Positions 32,852 through 43,349 of a stretch of DNA of 64,000 bases are shown one piece after another. A program made the position numbers and the translations under genes. Position 1 is the stretch's first letter. Each line of letters opens with the position of its first letter. This DNA is from an uncultured Gammaproteobacteria bacterium (GTDB taxonomy: Bacteria > Patescibacteriota > Microgenomatia > Levybacterales > GWA1-39-11): the NCBI GenBank assembly GCA_964409875.1, contig CAYPEN010000001.1:356275-420274 (forward strand). Reading direction: 5' to 3'. The notes below the pieces were generated by a model. That model searched no databases and was not told the DNA's origin. It saw only the letters and a list, made by a program, of their open reading frames with translations.

Positions 32852-35332
32852 CTATTGTATCGTTGTTCCACCTTTTATTGTCGTTCCTCCTCTAATGTTG
32901 ACATCAAGAGGAATGGTTGTTACTTGCGGATAATTCCGATATGCAGCAAGGTCTGAACTATCAGAATTAGTGATTTTGATGCAATAGGTTACTGAAGTTG
33001 AATCATCGGAATTATCAATAAGAGAAAAATCAAAAAGTCCTGCTCGGTTATTGGCAATAGCATTCTGGTCATTTGAGATGTTGTCGTAAGCAAGTACACC
33101 AATATTGGTATCCTCAAAGTAGTTCTCAAGAACGGTAGTGTATGTCGGAGTATCTGCAGGGTCATTTGCCGTAGAGGATATTACATCACCCGATGCAGGA
33201 GTCGCATTAGGATTGAACGATATTGGAGTACCGCCGGAAGGGTCAAGTACCTGAGCATATGTCCCATCTGCGCAATTTCCGCTTGTTGGAAGCGCAGCAT
33301 ATTGAAGAATAAAATCTCCAGCATCCACTCCAAGACTTCCCGTAGCACTATCAACATCAAGAAGCATACGAAGACGGAACGGGTAATTCGGCTGAGCCAG
33401 TGTTATGGGAGAATTTACGGCTGTGGTGCCGCCAAAGATGGTAGTTGGGTTGGCGGCATCAGTATTTTCAAAAAAACGGTAACTGCCCTGTGAAATAGTA
33501 ATTTGGGCATTATAAGCAGCAACGGCTGAGGAACAAGTACCTCCGGCGCCAGACCAAGTGACAATATCACGTTGAGACGTTGGAGGATTATTAACGGCCT
33601 CTCCCCAACCGCTTGTGTAGCTTGCTGCCCCTCCGGAATAGCCATCAGATCCACCATTTATATCCGTATCCGTAAAACCCGTTGATGAAGCACCGGTAAT
33701 TGCATTATGAGAACTGACGGTAAGACTACCATTCGTTGATGCAGCTGCGCTTACTAAAAGTTCATCAGGATTTGTGGGTGTAAGTGTGTTGGAGGTTTCA
33801 GTATGTGCCCCAGTATTACAAGTAGTATTTCTATGAACTGATGATACTTTGTCAAAAAAGCCGCTTGATGAATTCCCTGAGAATTCAAGCAATTGTGCCG
33901 CTATCTCTCCACTATTTGTAGTTGTTGTGCACGCTTGGGACGATATAGGTGCAGCAGGAGCAGTTCTATCAAAAAGATATATATTCGGACTGTTAGCAAT
34001 TCTGAAACGGCGGGTCCAGCTGCCGGGAGTGGAGAACGTATTGCTTGTATCCCTTGAACAGATGAGTACAAGAAGATGGCCGGATGTGGTGGGCGTGCTA
34101 AGCGTTGCTGTTACAGATGTACCTGATGCAGCAGTGTTATGGGCTTCCTGAACAAGAGAGAAAATTGAGTCGGAGGCAATTTGCCACTCCTGCCCCTCAG
34201 AGAATTGCCCAACTTTGAAAGGCCCGACCAGATAAAATTCCGGTGAAATATAGGGGAATTTTATGGTGTAGGAAAGCACGTGAGTTTCGCCCTTTTTCCA
34301 ATCAACTTGCCACTCTAGAGTCTTAATCTTGTTGTAATCGGCTATATCTCCGTGCTCCGAAATATCAAATATTTGAAAATTTGATGGAACGGTGTCATAG
34401 ACTGTTCCCGCAAAATCCCTATTCGCAGTTACTTTGATTTTCACCGGATAGTTGAAGCGTGGATAGATACGCATCGGATATTGAACCCTTTCTATAGTAT
34501 ATGGGGCAAAATCTCTGACCGTAAAAAATGAATCCATTTCATTGCTTCCTAAATAATTTTGCGCTTTTATATGCATCGTGTAACGACCGGTTTCCAAAGC
34601 CTTCGTTTGGGCAGTAAAGTCCGGGATATTGGTAAATGAGCGGTCTGCACACGTCTTACTTCCTGATATTGTGCCATTATCAGTCGAGAATTCTTCGGTT
34701 TTGCCGGTAGGGCTTGTTATGGTGAGCCAGAGTTTTGCCGTACCGAAAACAATTTTTCCCTCTTTTGCAATGCATTTCGTGATACCAAAATCATCGAGAA
34801 CCGCCATGCCGATATTTACCTCATCTCCCTTCATGTAAAACCCCTTATTGGTGTTGATAGCCAAAACTCCCCAGGTAAAATCCTGCGTTACTGTAATGTC
34901 TTCACCTGTATATGTTTTTACTTTTACGTCTAACATGTAAAGACCGGGCTTGAACCTGTTTTCTGTCTTTGGGGTAACGATAAGCTGCTTGTCGCGGTCG
35001 TTAAATTGGGTGTCTACTTTGAGTGAGATATCTCCTTTAGCGTTAGTAACACTTCCTTTGACCATTTTTTCGCGTTCTGCTGCATGCGCAGTCCACATGT
35101 TTTTAAATTTTTCTTCTGTCAATTTGAAAGCAAACTGCGGCAATGTATTTGCCTGGACAGCAATAGGTTTGTCATTTTGGTTTTGTCCTACAACAAAAAG
35201 CTGCCGCTGTTGTTGAATAGGAGACGGAGTGACTGATTCAGGTGCTTTTAAATAGACAATTACGAAAAAAACAAGAAGTCCAAGTGGTAAAAGTAACGAA
35301 GCAAACAATAGAAAAAGCCTTTTTAGGTTCAT
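32852..35332 (-). CDS. hypothetical secreted/membrane-anchored protein (826 aa), paralog 1
   Basis: Complete ORF with an N-terminal hydrophobic anchor (LFLLFASLLLPLGLLVFFVIVYL). Shares about 40-50% identity and the same domain order with the 35372-37834 product. C-terminus YRNYPQVTTIPLDVNIRGGTTIKGGTTIQ. Confidence 0.8.
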   Translation of the reverse strand: MNLKRLFLLFASLLLPLGLLVFFVIVYLKAPESVTPSPIQQQRQLFVVGQNQNDKPIAVQANTLPQFAFKLTEEKFKNMWTAHAAEREKMVKGSVTNAKGDISLKVDTQFNDRDKQLIVTPKTENRFKPGLYMLDVKVKTYTGEDITVTQDFTWGVLAINTNKGFYMKGDEVNIGMAVLDDFGITKCIAKEGKIVFGTAKLWLTITSPTGKTEEFSTDNGTISGSKTCADRSFTNIPDFTAQTKALETGRYTMHIKAQNYLGSNEMDSFFTVRDFAPYTIERVQYPMRIYPRFNYPVKIKVTANRDFAGTVYDTVPSNFQIFDISEHGDIADYNKIKTLEWQVDWKKGETHVLSYTIKFPYISPEFYLVGPFKVGQFSEGQEWQIASDSIFSLVQEAHNTAASGTSVTATLSTPTTSGHLLVLICSRDTSNTFSTPGSWTRRFRIANSPNIYLFDRTAPAAPISSQACTTTTNSGEIAAQLLEFSGNSSSGFFDKVSSVHRNTTCNTGAHTETSNTLTPTNPDELLVSAAASTNGSLTVSSHNAITGASSTGFTDTDINGGSDGYSGGAASYTSGWGEAVNNPPTSQRDIVTWSGAGGTCSSAVAAYNAQITISQGSYRFFENTDAANPTTIFGGTTAVNSPITLAQPNYPFRLRMLLDVDSATGSLGVDAGDFILQYAALPTSGNCADGTYAQVLDPSGGTPISFNPNATPASGDVISSTANDPADTPTYTTVLENYFEDTNIGVLAYDNISNDQNAIANNRAGLFDFSLIDNSDDSTSVTYCIKITNSDSSDLAAYRNYPQVTTIPLDVNIRGGTTIKGGTTIQ

Positions 35333-35371
35333 TTAAATGATTGAATTCAATTTTATTATAGCAAATGAAAA

Positions 35372-37834
35372 TTACTGAATCGTTGTTCCTCCGGTAATTG
35401 TTGTTCCTCCTTTGATATTTACATCCAACGGAATGGTCGTTACTTTCGGATAATTTCTATATGCATCTAGTAGTGACTGGTCTCCATTTGCTACAACCAG
35501 GCAATACGTAGTTGAAACAGAATCGTCGGTGTTATCAATAAGAGAAAAATCAAAAAGTCCGGCCTGGTTATTGCCCATCGTCAAGTTGTGGTTTGTAATA
35601 TCCTCGCTTCCGTCAGAAAGCCACGTCTCCGCATAATCTTCAAGTCTTGTTGTGTAGCCGGTATCGGTAGGATCGTTTGCAGTCGCTCCAATAATAGCAT
35701 TATTCCCACCGGAATTTGGATTGGGGTTGTATGCAATCGGGGTTCCATCAGCTTGGGTTCCAACAGGGTTATAGGTTCCGTCCGCACAGTCCCCGGAAGA
35801 TGGAAGTGGTGCATACATCAATATCCAGTCACCGCTATCTACATCCACTATTGTGCCTGAGGGACTGTCAACATCAAGCAGTATCCTGAGCCTGAAAGCA
35901 TACCCGGGTTGGCTAAGAGTAATTGGACTATTTTCTGTTGCGGTTCCTCCAAAAACGGTAATGGGGTCTACCGCATCGGTGTTTTCGAAAAACTGATAGC
36001 TCCCTTGTGAGACCGTGACCGTTGGGTTGAAAGAAACAATGATATTTGCACACGTTCCGCCCGACGCGTTGTAGGTTGCGGTATCATGGGTTGATACTGG
36101 TGGATTATTAACCTGTTCTGACCATGAACTGTCAAAAGTTCCTGTTGAGCCGTTAAAGCTGGCTGCGGTATCAGCGTAATCACTCAGATGGCTTCCGACA
36201 CTCGTTGTACCTGTTGCCGCAAAGGCCGCAACAACCAGTTCGTCAGGATTAGCTGGTGTTATATTGGATGTTGCACTCTGATGGGCGCCAGTACTGCAAG
36301 AAAAAGCATTTCGTCTGGCACGCCTATCTCTCACGCTACTGGTCGAGTTGCCTGAAAACTCGAGTATTTGAATTCCCAATGTGCCTGAGCTTCCCGAGCA
36401 GGTGACCGTAGCTGACATTCCTGTCGGAACCACACGGTAAAACATATAGGCTCTCGGGTTGCTCGTTGAGTTATTGTATGCGAGGGTAAATCCTGACGGG
36501 GTGTTAAATGTTGCACTGTTGGTTCTATAACACATAACAAGAACAAGATTTCTTTGTGTAGGAGCTGAAGGCAGCGTTGCACTTACAGAAGTACCGCTTC
36601 CATTATTGTGGGTTTCCTGGACAAGCTGAAATATGGAGTCAGATGCAATTTTCCACTCTCTTTTTTCTGTGAATGTACCAATTGTAAAAGGTCCAACTAG
36701 ATAAAATTCGGGAGCGACTTGGGGAAAATGTATAGTGTATGAGAAGTGATAAGTCTTACCCTTTTTAAGCGTTGTTTCCCACCCGACTGCTTGATAATCA
36801 GTTGTGTTTTCTGTCACGCCACCGTTTGAAATGTGAGTAATTTTGAAATTTTTAGGTACAATATCATGAATATAGCCTGAAAAGTCCTCATTTGATTTAA
36901 TAGTAACAGTAACCGGGTAATCTACTTTTGGATAAATTCTTGTAGGAAATTTTGTCCGCTCTATCTCAAATTTTGGTTCATTTTGTTCTACAACAAATGA
37001 TGTTTGTATGCTTCTCTTGCCCAGATAATGTTCTGCGTCCATTTGAATTTGGTATGTTCCGACCTCATTTGCAGTAATTCTACTCAAAAAATCAGCTTTA
37101 TTAGTAACACTTCTGTCTTTACAGTCTCCGCTTCCCCATATAGACCCATCCTCAGTAGACAGTTTTGTAACTTTACCTGTAGGACTTGTTATTGTCAGCC
37201 ACACTTTGGCGGTATTTAATTGAATGTCACCTGTTGCAATGCATTTTGTCCTTCCATAATCGCCCAAAACAGCCATGCCAATATTTACATCCTCGCCTAC
37301 TCTATATAGTGCCTTATTAGTATTTATTGCCAAAACACCCCATGTGAAGTCTTGCGTTATCTCTTCAGCTACCCCTGTTGCAGTTTTTACTTTAACACTC
37401 AATGTATAGAGCCCTGGTTTAACCTTGTTATCGTATTCGGGAGCTACGAGTACCTCTTTTTTTGTGTCTGAAAAACTTATATTTACATCAAGTTCTGAGT
37501 TCCCGGTCGCATGAGCAAAGCTGGCCTCTACAAGTTTTGTTCGCTCTATACCACTCGCCCGCCAAACATTATCGAATTTATTGTTTGACAGAGATACAGC
37601 AAACTTCGGAAGAGTTGATGCTCTTACTGTGATGGGAGTTTCTGAAGTTCTTTTAGATATTGGGATTACTCGTTCTCTTAGAGGTTTCAGAGAAGCATAA
37701 TTATGGGTATTCTTTGTTGTTTTAGACGGTTTACTTTTGGACTGAGAAAGTACAATCAATATTGAAAAGCAGAGAGCTAAAACTAGGAAAGAAATTACAA
37801 AACTTCGGAGCATCTCTCTAAAAGTATAGCACAA
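35372..37834 (-). CDS. hypothetical secreted/membrane-anchored protein (820 aa), paralog 2
   Basis: Complete ORF with an N-terminal anchor (FVISFLVLALCFSILIVL). Shares the LVL..C.R..TP.G.T and LEFSGNS...C.TGAH...NPDEL motifs with paralog 1. C-terminus YRNYPKVTTIPLDVNIKGGTTITGGTTIQ. Confidence 0.8.
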   Translation of the reverse strand: MCYTFREMLRSFVISFLVLALCFSILIVLSQSKSKPSKTTKNTHNYASLKPLRERVIPISKRTSETPITVRASTLPKFAVSLSNNKFDNVWRASGIERTKLVEASFAHATGNSELDVNISFSDTKKEVLVAPEYDNKVKPGLYTLSVKVKTATGVAEEITQDFTWGVLAINTNKALYRVGEDVNIGMAVLGDYGRTKCIATGDIQLNTAKVWLTITSPTGKVTKLSTEDGSIWGSGDCKDRSVTNKADFLSRITANEVGTYQIQMDAEHYLGKRSIQTSFVVEQNEPKFEIERTKFPTRIYPKVDYPVTVTIKSNEDFSGYIHDIVPKNFKITHISNGGVTENTTDYQAVGWETTLKKGKTYHFSYTIHFPQVAPEFYLVGPFTIGTFTEKREWKIASDSIFQLVQETHNNGSGTSVSATLPSAPTQRNLVLVMCYRTNSATFNTPSGFTLAYNNSTSNPRAYMFYRVVPTGMSATVTCSGSSGTLGIQILEFSGNSTSSVRDRRARRNAFSCSTGAHQSATSNITPANPDELVVAAFAATGTTSVGSHLSDYADTAASFNGSTGTFDSSWSEQVNNPPVSTHDTATYNASGGTCANIIVSFNPTVTVSQGSYQFFENTDAVDPITVFGGTATENSPITLSQPGYAFRLRILLDVDSPSGTIVDVDSGDWILMYAPLPSSGDCADGTYNPVGTQADGTPIAYNPNPNSGGNNAIIGATANDPTDTGYTTRLEDYAETWLSDGSEDITNHNLTMGNNQAGLFDFSLIDNTDDSVSTTYCLVVANGDQSLLDAYRNYPKVTTIPLDVNIKGGTTITGGTTIQ

Positions 37835-37844
37835 TTAACCTAAG

Positions 37845-40148
37845 CTATTGCTTGGGAGCGGCTGTAGGAGTCGTATTGAGAGCTGGCAAATTAGCATTTG
37901 GATTCTTCTTTACTGCAGCGGGAGTTGCAGGGGTTGGAGGATTATTGAGTCCATTGACTCCTACGTTCTGAAGATTTTCGCCTTGCAGGCCAGTATTATT
38001 TTGTCCGGCTGGTGCGGTTTGGGTGTTCTTTGAAGCCTCTGCTGCTTTGTCTGTCAATTCTTTCAAAAGAGTTTGAGCAACTTTGTAATCATTGCTGTTA
38101 GGATTGTTCTTTGCAAGGATATTTACAACCTGCTCAGCTACAGTCTTGGCGTTTTGGACATCTCCCTTGTCGCGGAGTGCAATTGCCAGGTTAAAGTAAG
38201 CATTCGCATGGTTTGGTTTCAGGTTCGCCGCATCTGTAAAGAAGCGGATTGCCAAGTCATAATTCTTTGCTGCATAATACACTCCTCCAACATTAAGTCT
38301 AAGCTCAGGATTTAATGGATCCCTCTGGATTGCTCGGCCGTAAGCGTCGAGTGAGAATGCAAGTGCGTTTTGTGCAACCCCCGAGATATTTCTGTAGATT
38401 GATGCGAGAACTACCCAATTTCGTGACGAGAGAGGGCTAAGCGCTACAGCGATTCTTCCTTCGTTGATTGCCTGTGAAAGGAGTGTCTGGATTGTTCTTC
38501 TGTCCTGATCAGTAAGAGTACCTTTAGGGTTATCTTTTGTAGGACCTTTCTGGATAGCAAGCGCATTTGCGAGTGCGAAATTAGTTTGTGCAATATCTAC
38601 CCTATACAAGTCGATTACAGGATTGAGTGATTCAGCTTTTTGCAGGTTGGTATAAGTTTGAGTTCCACTCTTTGCGGCAACAGTCAAAGCCTGTCTGTGA
38701 TAATAATCAGCAAGGACAGCATTGTACGTAGTGTAAAGGACAGGAACAGCTACAATAAGAAATACTACGAAGAATATGATGGGAAGAAGGTCAAATTGCC
38801 TGTCATCAACTGTTGATGCTTTCAGTCCCATTGAGAAGTGCATGACTTTTTCCCTGATTGACTTCTGAGCAACCATTAGCGCGGCAAATACTATTATTGT
38901 CGCAACGAAAGATACAAGTGTCGATGCATGAATTGCAAGAAGAACAATGGTTGTGATTCCGCTAACAGCAAGTGCGGGAACAATTACTGTCGTATTATCA
39001 TGCTGTACTTCCGCCGCTCTCATGGAGAGATTTCTCCATGAATTTATGAACACAATAAGGCAGACAAGCGCGAGTGAAAGAAGTCCGAGTATTCCGATAG
39101 TTCCAAGTGTCTGAAGATATTCGTTGTACGCCGTATCGAAAGTGAAGTTCCAATAATCGAGAAGATTGAATTCAAGCGGCTTATAATTTGTGAAGTTGAA
39201 TAAATAGGTTGACGGTCCTGTGCCGATGAAAGGAGCATCTCTGAAAGTTGATGCAGAAATCTTCCATGAAACTGAGAAGGGAAGCTGTATTTCATGAGGG
39301 AATTTAGAAGCCAATTCCTGTACTTTATTGCCGGGAAATGGAAGATACACAAGAACTAATGCAAGAGCTACTACCGCAACTGGAGTTAGAAACATAGGCA
39401 AACCCTTTTTGAATTTCGCTACTTTATGAGGTTTTGTCACAAAGAAACATAAAGCAAATACAATGGCAAGCGCAATGTAGGCTGGTACAGACCCAATAAG
39501 CGCAACCGTTACACCGAAAAGAATCGAAAGTGCTAACGCAACAGGAGCCGGCATGTATTTATTCACACTAACAATAGAAAGCAAGGGAAGAGGAAGCAGC
39601 AATGTGAGAAGTGCTACAGTTGAGAAAGATGAACCTGTTGGAGTGAAGTTAACCGCTTTTGCAAAAGAAAATGGAAGATAAATATTAAAGAACGAAAGTA
39701 TTGAAATAAGAGCAACAACAGCTGCGCTTCCATATAATACATACAGCAAAGTCTTTAATTTGGTAAAGTTTTTGAGGTTGGATACGGCAACAAAATACAA
39801 CAAAATATATGTCACCCATGCCACGGCCGAACCGTGAACCCGTGGGAAATTGCCATATATTGATTGGAACCTCGATTGACTGAAGTAGGTAGATGCAATA
39901 ACAATACCTAGCAATATTAATAAAGGAATATCTAGGGGAGTTCTAGTTATCTGGACTTTCCCTTTCACAATCCATGAAAAAATCCAAAGTCCGACGAGAA
40001 GAACAGTTGCCACAACAAGAAAAATGAGCTTAGGCATTTCGAAAAACTCGGTGGTTTGATTGAGAAAAAGAAGAGGTGTTACACCTACTACGGCAAGTAG
40101 TAAAAATGAGATGGCATTATCAACAATAACTCCTAATTGACCTTTCAT
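37845..40148 (-). CDS. polytopic membrane protein with C-terminal TPR repeats (O-antigen ligase/Wzy-like topology)
   Basis: 767 aa. More than 10 predicted TM helices in the N-terminal 480 aa. C-terminal TPR-like helical repeats (AKNYDLAIRFFTDAANLKPNHANAYFNLAIALRDKGDVQNAK) and a Pro/Thr-rich tail. The Wzy assignment is by architecture only. Confidence 0.75.
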   Translation of the reverse strand: MKGQLGVIVDNAISFLLLAVVGVTPLLFLNQTTEFFEMPKLIFLVVATVLLVGLWIFSWIVKGKVQITRTPLDIPLLILLGIVIASTYFSQSRFQSIYGNFPRVHGSAVAWVTYILLYFVAVSNLKNFTKLKTLLYVLYGSAAVVALISILSFFNIYLPFSFAKAVNFTPTGSSFSTVALLTLLLPLPLLSIVSVNKYMPAPVALALSILFGVTVALIGSVPAYIALAIVFALCFFVTKPHKVAKFKKGLPMFLTPVAVVALALVLVYLPFPGNKVQELASKFPHEIQLPFSVSWKISASTFRDAPFIGTGPSTYLFNFTNYKPLEFNLLDYWNFTFDTAYNEYLQTLGTIGILGLLSLALVCLIVFINSWRNLSMRAAEVQHDNTTVIVPALAVSGITTIVLLAIHASTLVSFVATIIVFAALMVAQKSIREKVMHFSMGLKASTVDDRQFDLLPIIFFVVFLIVAVPVLYTTYNAVLADYYHRQALTVAAKSGTQTYTNLQKAESLNPVIDLYRVDIAQTNFALANALAIQKGPTKDNPKGTLTDQDRRTIQTLLSQAINEGRIAVALSPLSSRNWVVLASIYRNISGVAQNALAFSLDAYGRAIQRDPLNPELRLNVGGVYYAAKNYDLAIRFFTDAANLKPNHANAYFNLAIALRDKGDVQNAKTVAEQVVNILAKNNPNSNDYKVAQTLLKELTDKAAEASKNTQTAPAGQNNTGLQGENLQNVGVNGLNNPPTPATPAAVKKNPNANLPALNTTPTAAPKQ

Positions 40149-40319
40149 ACTAAATTAAATAATTCGTTCCTAAAGTTAAGGATTAAAATCGGGTTACTAA
40201 CTATATAATCATAAAAGATTTTTCGCGTCAAGTGGCAATTTTGGATTGCAAATACAATCTATTCGAGTGTTAGTTACTTTTCGGATAGTACTGTTTTTTT
40301 ACGGAGTTTTACTCTTTTT

Positions 40320-42266
40320 TTATGAAAGCGTGGCGCCAAATTTCTTTGTCAATACTTTGAGTAACTTTTCCCTTATGGGGGTAACGGCCTCATTTGTAAG
40401 ATTTCCTTTCGGGTCAAGATAGGTTATTCGGAAAGTCTTTTTGTTGTGATACACATCTAAAAGGTCAACTGAGGAGATGAGAACATCAACCTCAAGCAAG
40501 GCTTTCTGTACGTCAAAGTATGTATATTGGGGTGAAATCTCAGCACGAATATCTTCGATAACGGGAGGAAACTTTGGAGGTTGCTTGTAGGTTTTTTGAG
40601 ATGAGGCATGGGAGAGTATTGCTGAAAGGTCTATTTCAAAAGTAACCATATCCAACACTTCGATGTGTCCGATGGTTTTCTTCCCGAGCTGTATGGTTGC
40701 CCCACACAGAGCATCATCACTCTTTTCGAAAGTATAATTTCTTATTCCCAGAATTTGGAACACCCTCTCTACAATCCCCTTCGCATGCTCAAACGTTGCG
40801 CGCTCCCCTTTTATAAGTGCTGCAAGTGTTAATACTTCATCAGGAAGTGACTGCGTTTTCCTATAAACGTTTGAAATTTCGAAAAGCAGTAAGTCAGCCC
40901 TGTTTTTGTTATTTAGCGCGACCTCTATTATACTAGGTGTAAGTGTTTTTCTTAAATACACCCTATCTTCAGTCAGAGGATTTCTCAGTTTTATAGCGTC
41001 TTCAATTGGCCCGTCGAATTGTTCTTCCGAAACCATAGAATAAGTGTAAACTTCATTGAACCCCCAAAAACAAAAAGCATCCTTCAAGCGCTTTATCCAA
41101 TTGTACTCGCTTGTATCCTGATGGTAGTAATTCTGCTCGGTTAACGGAGGAAGAATGTTCGGAATTTTGTGGTACCCATATGTGCGAGCGATTTCTTCAA
41201 TAATATCTTCTTGAATTGCTATGTCGTTAGAGCGTACAGTTGGTACAGTAACGTTAAACATATTCTCCTTTTGTTGTACGCTAAAGCCGAGATTTTCAAG
41301 AATCTGGATAATCGTAGTATCGGGCAGCAATACACCGATAAGCGCTGATATTTTCTCTTTCGGTACAACTATCTGCTTTACTTTTGGCTTGTTGGGATAG
41401 ATGTCAATTATCGGGGAAATGACCTTGCCACTTGCATTCTTTTTCAGAAGGTCAATCCCTCGCAAGAGGGTTGGAAGCATAAGTTCCGGGTCTATCCCTT
41501 TTTCGTTAATTATTGCCGCCTCACTTCTGATACCTAAATTCATTGAAGTTTTCCGTAAAAGTTGTGGATTGTTGTTGTCAAGGAACAATACAATTCTTTT
41601 TGTGTCATCCGTTACCACACTATTAGAAGCCCCCATTATTCCTAGCAGGTCAACAATCTCCCCTTTTCCGTTGTCGGCTACAATATCTTCCCCCGGAAGA
41701 ACATGCACTTTACCATCAAGAGTCTTAAGCATTTCACCTTTTTTGGACTTGCGTATGATAAGTGAGTGGTCCTGCAGCCTATCGTAATCAAACACATGAG
41801 ACGGATGTCCGACTTCACGCATTATGTAGTTGGTGACGTCAATTACATTGTTCAGGCTTCTAATTCCTGTTTTTTCCAGTCTTTCAGTTATTATTTTGGG
41901 AGACGGTCCAAGATTTACTTCAAGAACAACAGCCAAAATTCTGTTTACCAGAGAGTTATCGTTTTCAATGCGGAGAATTGGGTCTTCTTTGACGGTTTTT
42001 ATTGAAATATTGGTTGTATGGGGCAAAAAAGTAGCTTCATATCCCTGCTGTGGAAGCACTGCTGTTGCTTCACGCGCTATTCCCTCAACACTCATAAGCT
42101 CCGGTCTATTGGTCGTTACCTCAATGTCATACACGATATCACCATTAACTTCACTCATCCGCTCAATTGAAACTGATGCAAGACTCATGGCTTTTGCAAA
42201 TTGCCTTGGCGTTGCGTTGGTTTTTAAAAATTCCCTTAGCCAGCTGTCGGGTATTAAAATATTCAT
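40320..42266 (-). CDS. pheT: phenylalanine--tRNA ligase beta subunit (short form, 648 aa)
   Basis: Product MNILIPDSWLREFLKTNATPRQFAKAMSLASVSIERMSEVNG... has B3/4-B5 and catalytic-like domains typical of PheT. It sits directly downstream of pheS. Confidence 0.9.
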   Translation of the reverse strand: MNILIPDSWLREFLKTNATPRQFAKAMSLASVSIERMSEVNGDIVYDIEVTTNRPELMSVEGIAREATAVLPQQGYEATFLPHTTNISIKTVKEDPILRIENDNSLVNRILAVVLEVNLGPSPKIITERLEKTGIRSLNNVIDVTNYIMREVGHPSHVFDYDRLQDHSLIIRKSKKGEMLKTLDGKVHVLPGEDIVADNGKGEIVDLLGIMGASNSVVTDDTKRIVLFLDNNNPQLLRKTSMNLGIRSEAAIINEKGIDPELMLPTLLRGIDLLKKNASGKVISPIIDIYPNKPKVKQIVVPKEKISALIGVLLPDTTIIQILENLGFSVQQKENMFNVTVPTVRSNDIAIQEDIIEEIARTYGYHKIPNILPPLTEQNYYHQDTSEYNWIKRLKDAFCFWGFNEVYTYSMVSEEQFDGPIEDAIKLRNPLTEDRVYLRKTLTPSIIEVALNNKNRADLLLFEISNVYRKTQSLPDEVLTLAALIKGERATFEHAKGIVERVFQILGIRNYTFEKSDDALCGATIQLGKKTIGHIEVLDMVTFEIDLSAILSHASSQKTYKQPPKFPPVIEDIRAEISPQYTYFDVQKALLEVDVLISSVDLLDVYHNKKTFRITYLDPKGNLTNEAVTPIREKLLKVLTKKFGATLS

Positions 42267-42272
42267 TGTAAT

Positions 42273-43349
42273 TTAAAATTGAGTTAAAAAGTCTAAATCA
42301 TTTGTGTACAACGTCCGCAAATCGTCTATCTTCAGGCCCGCTTTCATCAGAAGAACCCGCTCTACTCCCCAACCGAACGCAAAACCCGTGTATTTTGAGG
42401 TGTCAATGTTTCCTGCTTTCAATACATTTGGGTGCACCATGCCGCTCCCTCCCATTTCCAACCACCCTTCTTTGCAGAGTCTGCACCCTTTTCCGTTGCA
42501 TATTCCGCAGGTAATATCTATTTCAAAAGAAGGCTCGGTAAATTGAAAGTGGTAAGGACGAATCCTAAATTCCCTGTCTTCTCCGAAGTAAGACTTCACA
42601 AAATACTCAAGAACGCCTTTCAAGTGAGATATATTTATGCCTTTTGCTACCACCAATCCTTCAAATTGATGAAACATTTGGGTGTGTGACACGTCGGATT
42701 GTCTTCTGTAGCATTTTGCAATATTGAGCATTTTTATTGGCAATTTGCCTTTCTCCATTTCCCGCACCTGACCTGATGAGGTGTGGGGTGTAAGAACAAT
42801 GGGTCCTTTTTTTGGGTCATTTTGGAGCTCAACAAAAAAGGTTTCCCAATCGTCTCTTGCTGGGTGATTTTCGGGGAAATTCAGTGCCCCAAAGGCATAC
42901 CAGTCGTATTCGACCTCTGGGTATCTTACCTTTGTAAATCCAATTTTTTCAAAAATTGAGGTAATCTCTTCGATAGCCTGTGTTACGAGGTGAAGTGATC
43001 CCATAGGTGGCTTAATCCCGGGTATAGTAACATCTATATTTTCAGGAACATAATTATTTCTTTTATGTTCAACTCTTTTGTCTTTTGACTTTTGTCTGGT
43101 GCCTTTTAGTTCCCGTCTTTTATCCTCAATTTGCTCCTCCAAAATATCTTTTATTTCATTAGCAAGACGCCCTATTTCAGAGCGTTTTTCAGAAGGAAGT
43201 GAAGGAAGCTCCTTCATAGCCTTTGTGAGTCTTCCTTTTTTTCCCAAAAATTCCAGGAATATCCGCTCTACATCAGGGTCTTCCTCTAGCAGACGCGACA
43301 TTGCGTCGTTTTTTATTTGAATGAGTGTTTCTTCCATATTTGAATGCAC
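42273..43349 (-). CDS. pheS: phenylalanine--tRNA ligase alpha subunit
   Basis: 358 aa class II aaRS core (…FPENHPARDDWETFFVE…FQFTEPSFEIDI…GWGVERVLLM) immediately upstream of pheT. Confidence 0.95.
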   Translation of the reverse strand: MHSNMEETLIQIKNDAMSRLLEEDPDVERIFLEFLGKKGRLTKAMKELPSLPSEKRSEIGRLANEIKDILEEQIEDKRRELKGTRQKSKDKRVEHKRNNYVPENIDVTIPGIKPPMGSLHLVTQAIEEITSIFEKIGFTKVRYPEVEYDWYAFGALNFPENHPARDDWETFFVELQNDPKKGPIVLTPHTSSGQVREMEKGKLPIKMLNIAKCYRRQSDVSHTQMFHQFEGLVVAKGINISHLKGVLEYFVKSYFGEDREFRIRPYHFQFTEPSFEIDITCGICNGKGCRLCKEGWLEMGGSGMVHPNVLKAGNIDTSKYTGFAFGWGVERVLLMKAGLKIDDLRTLYTNDLDFLTQF

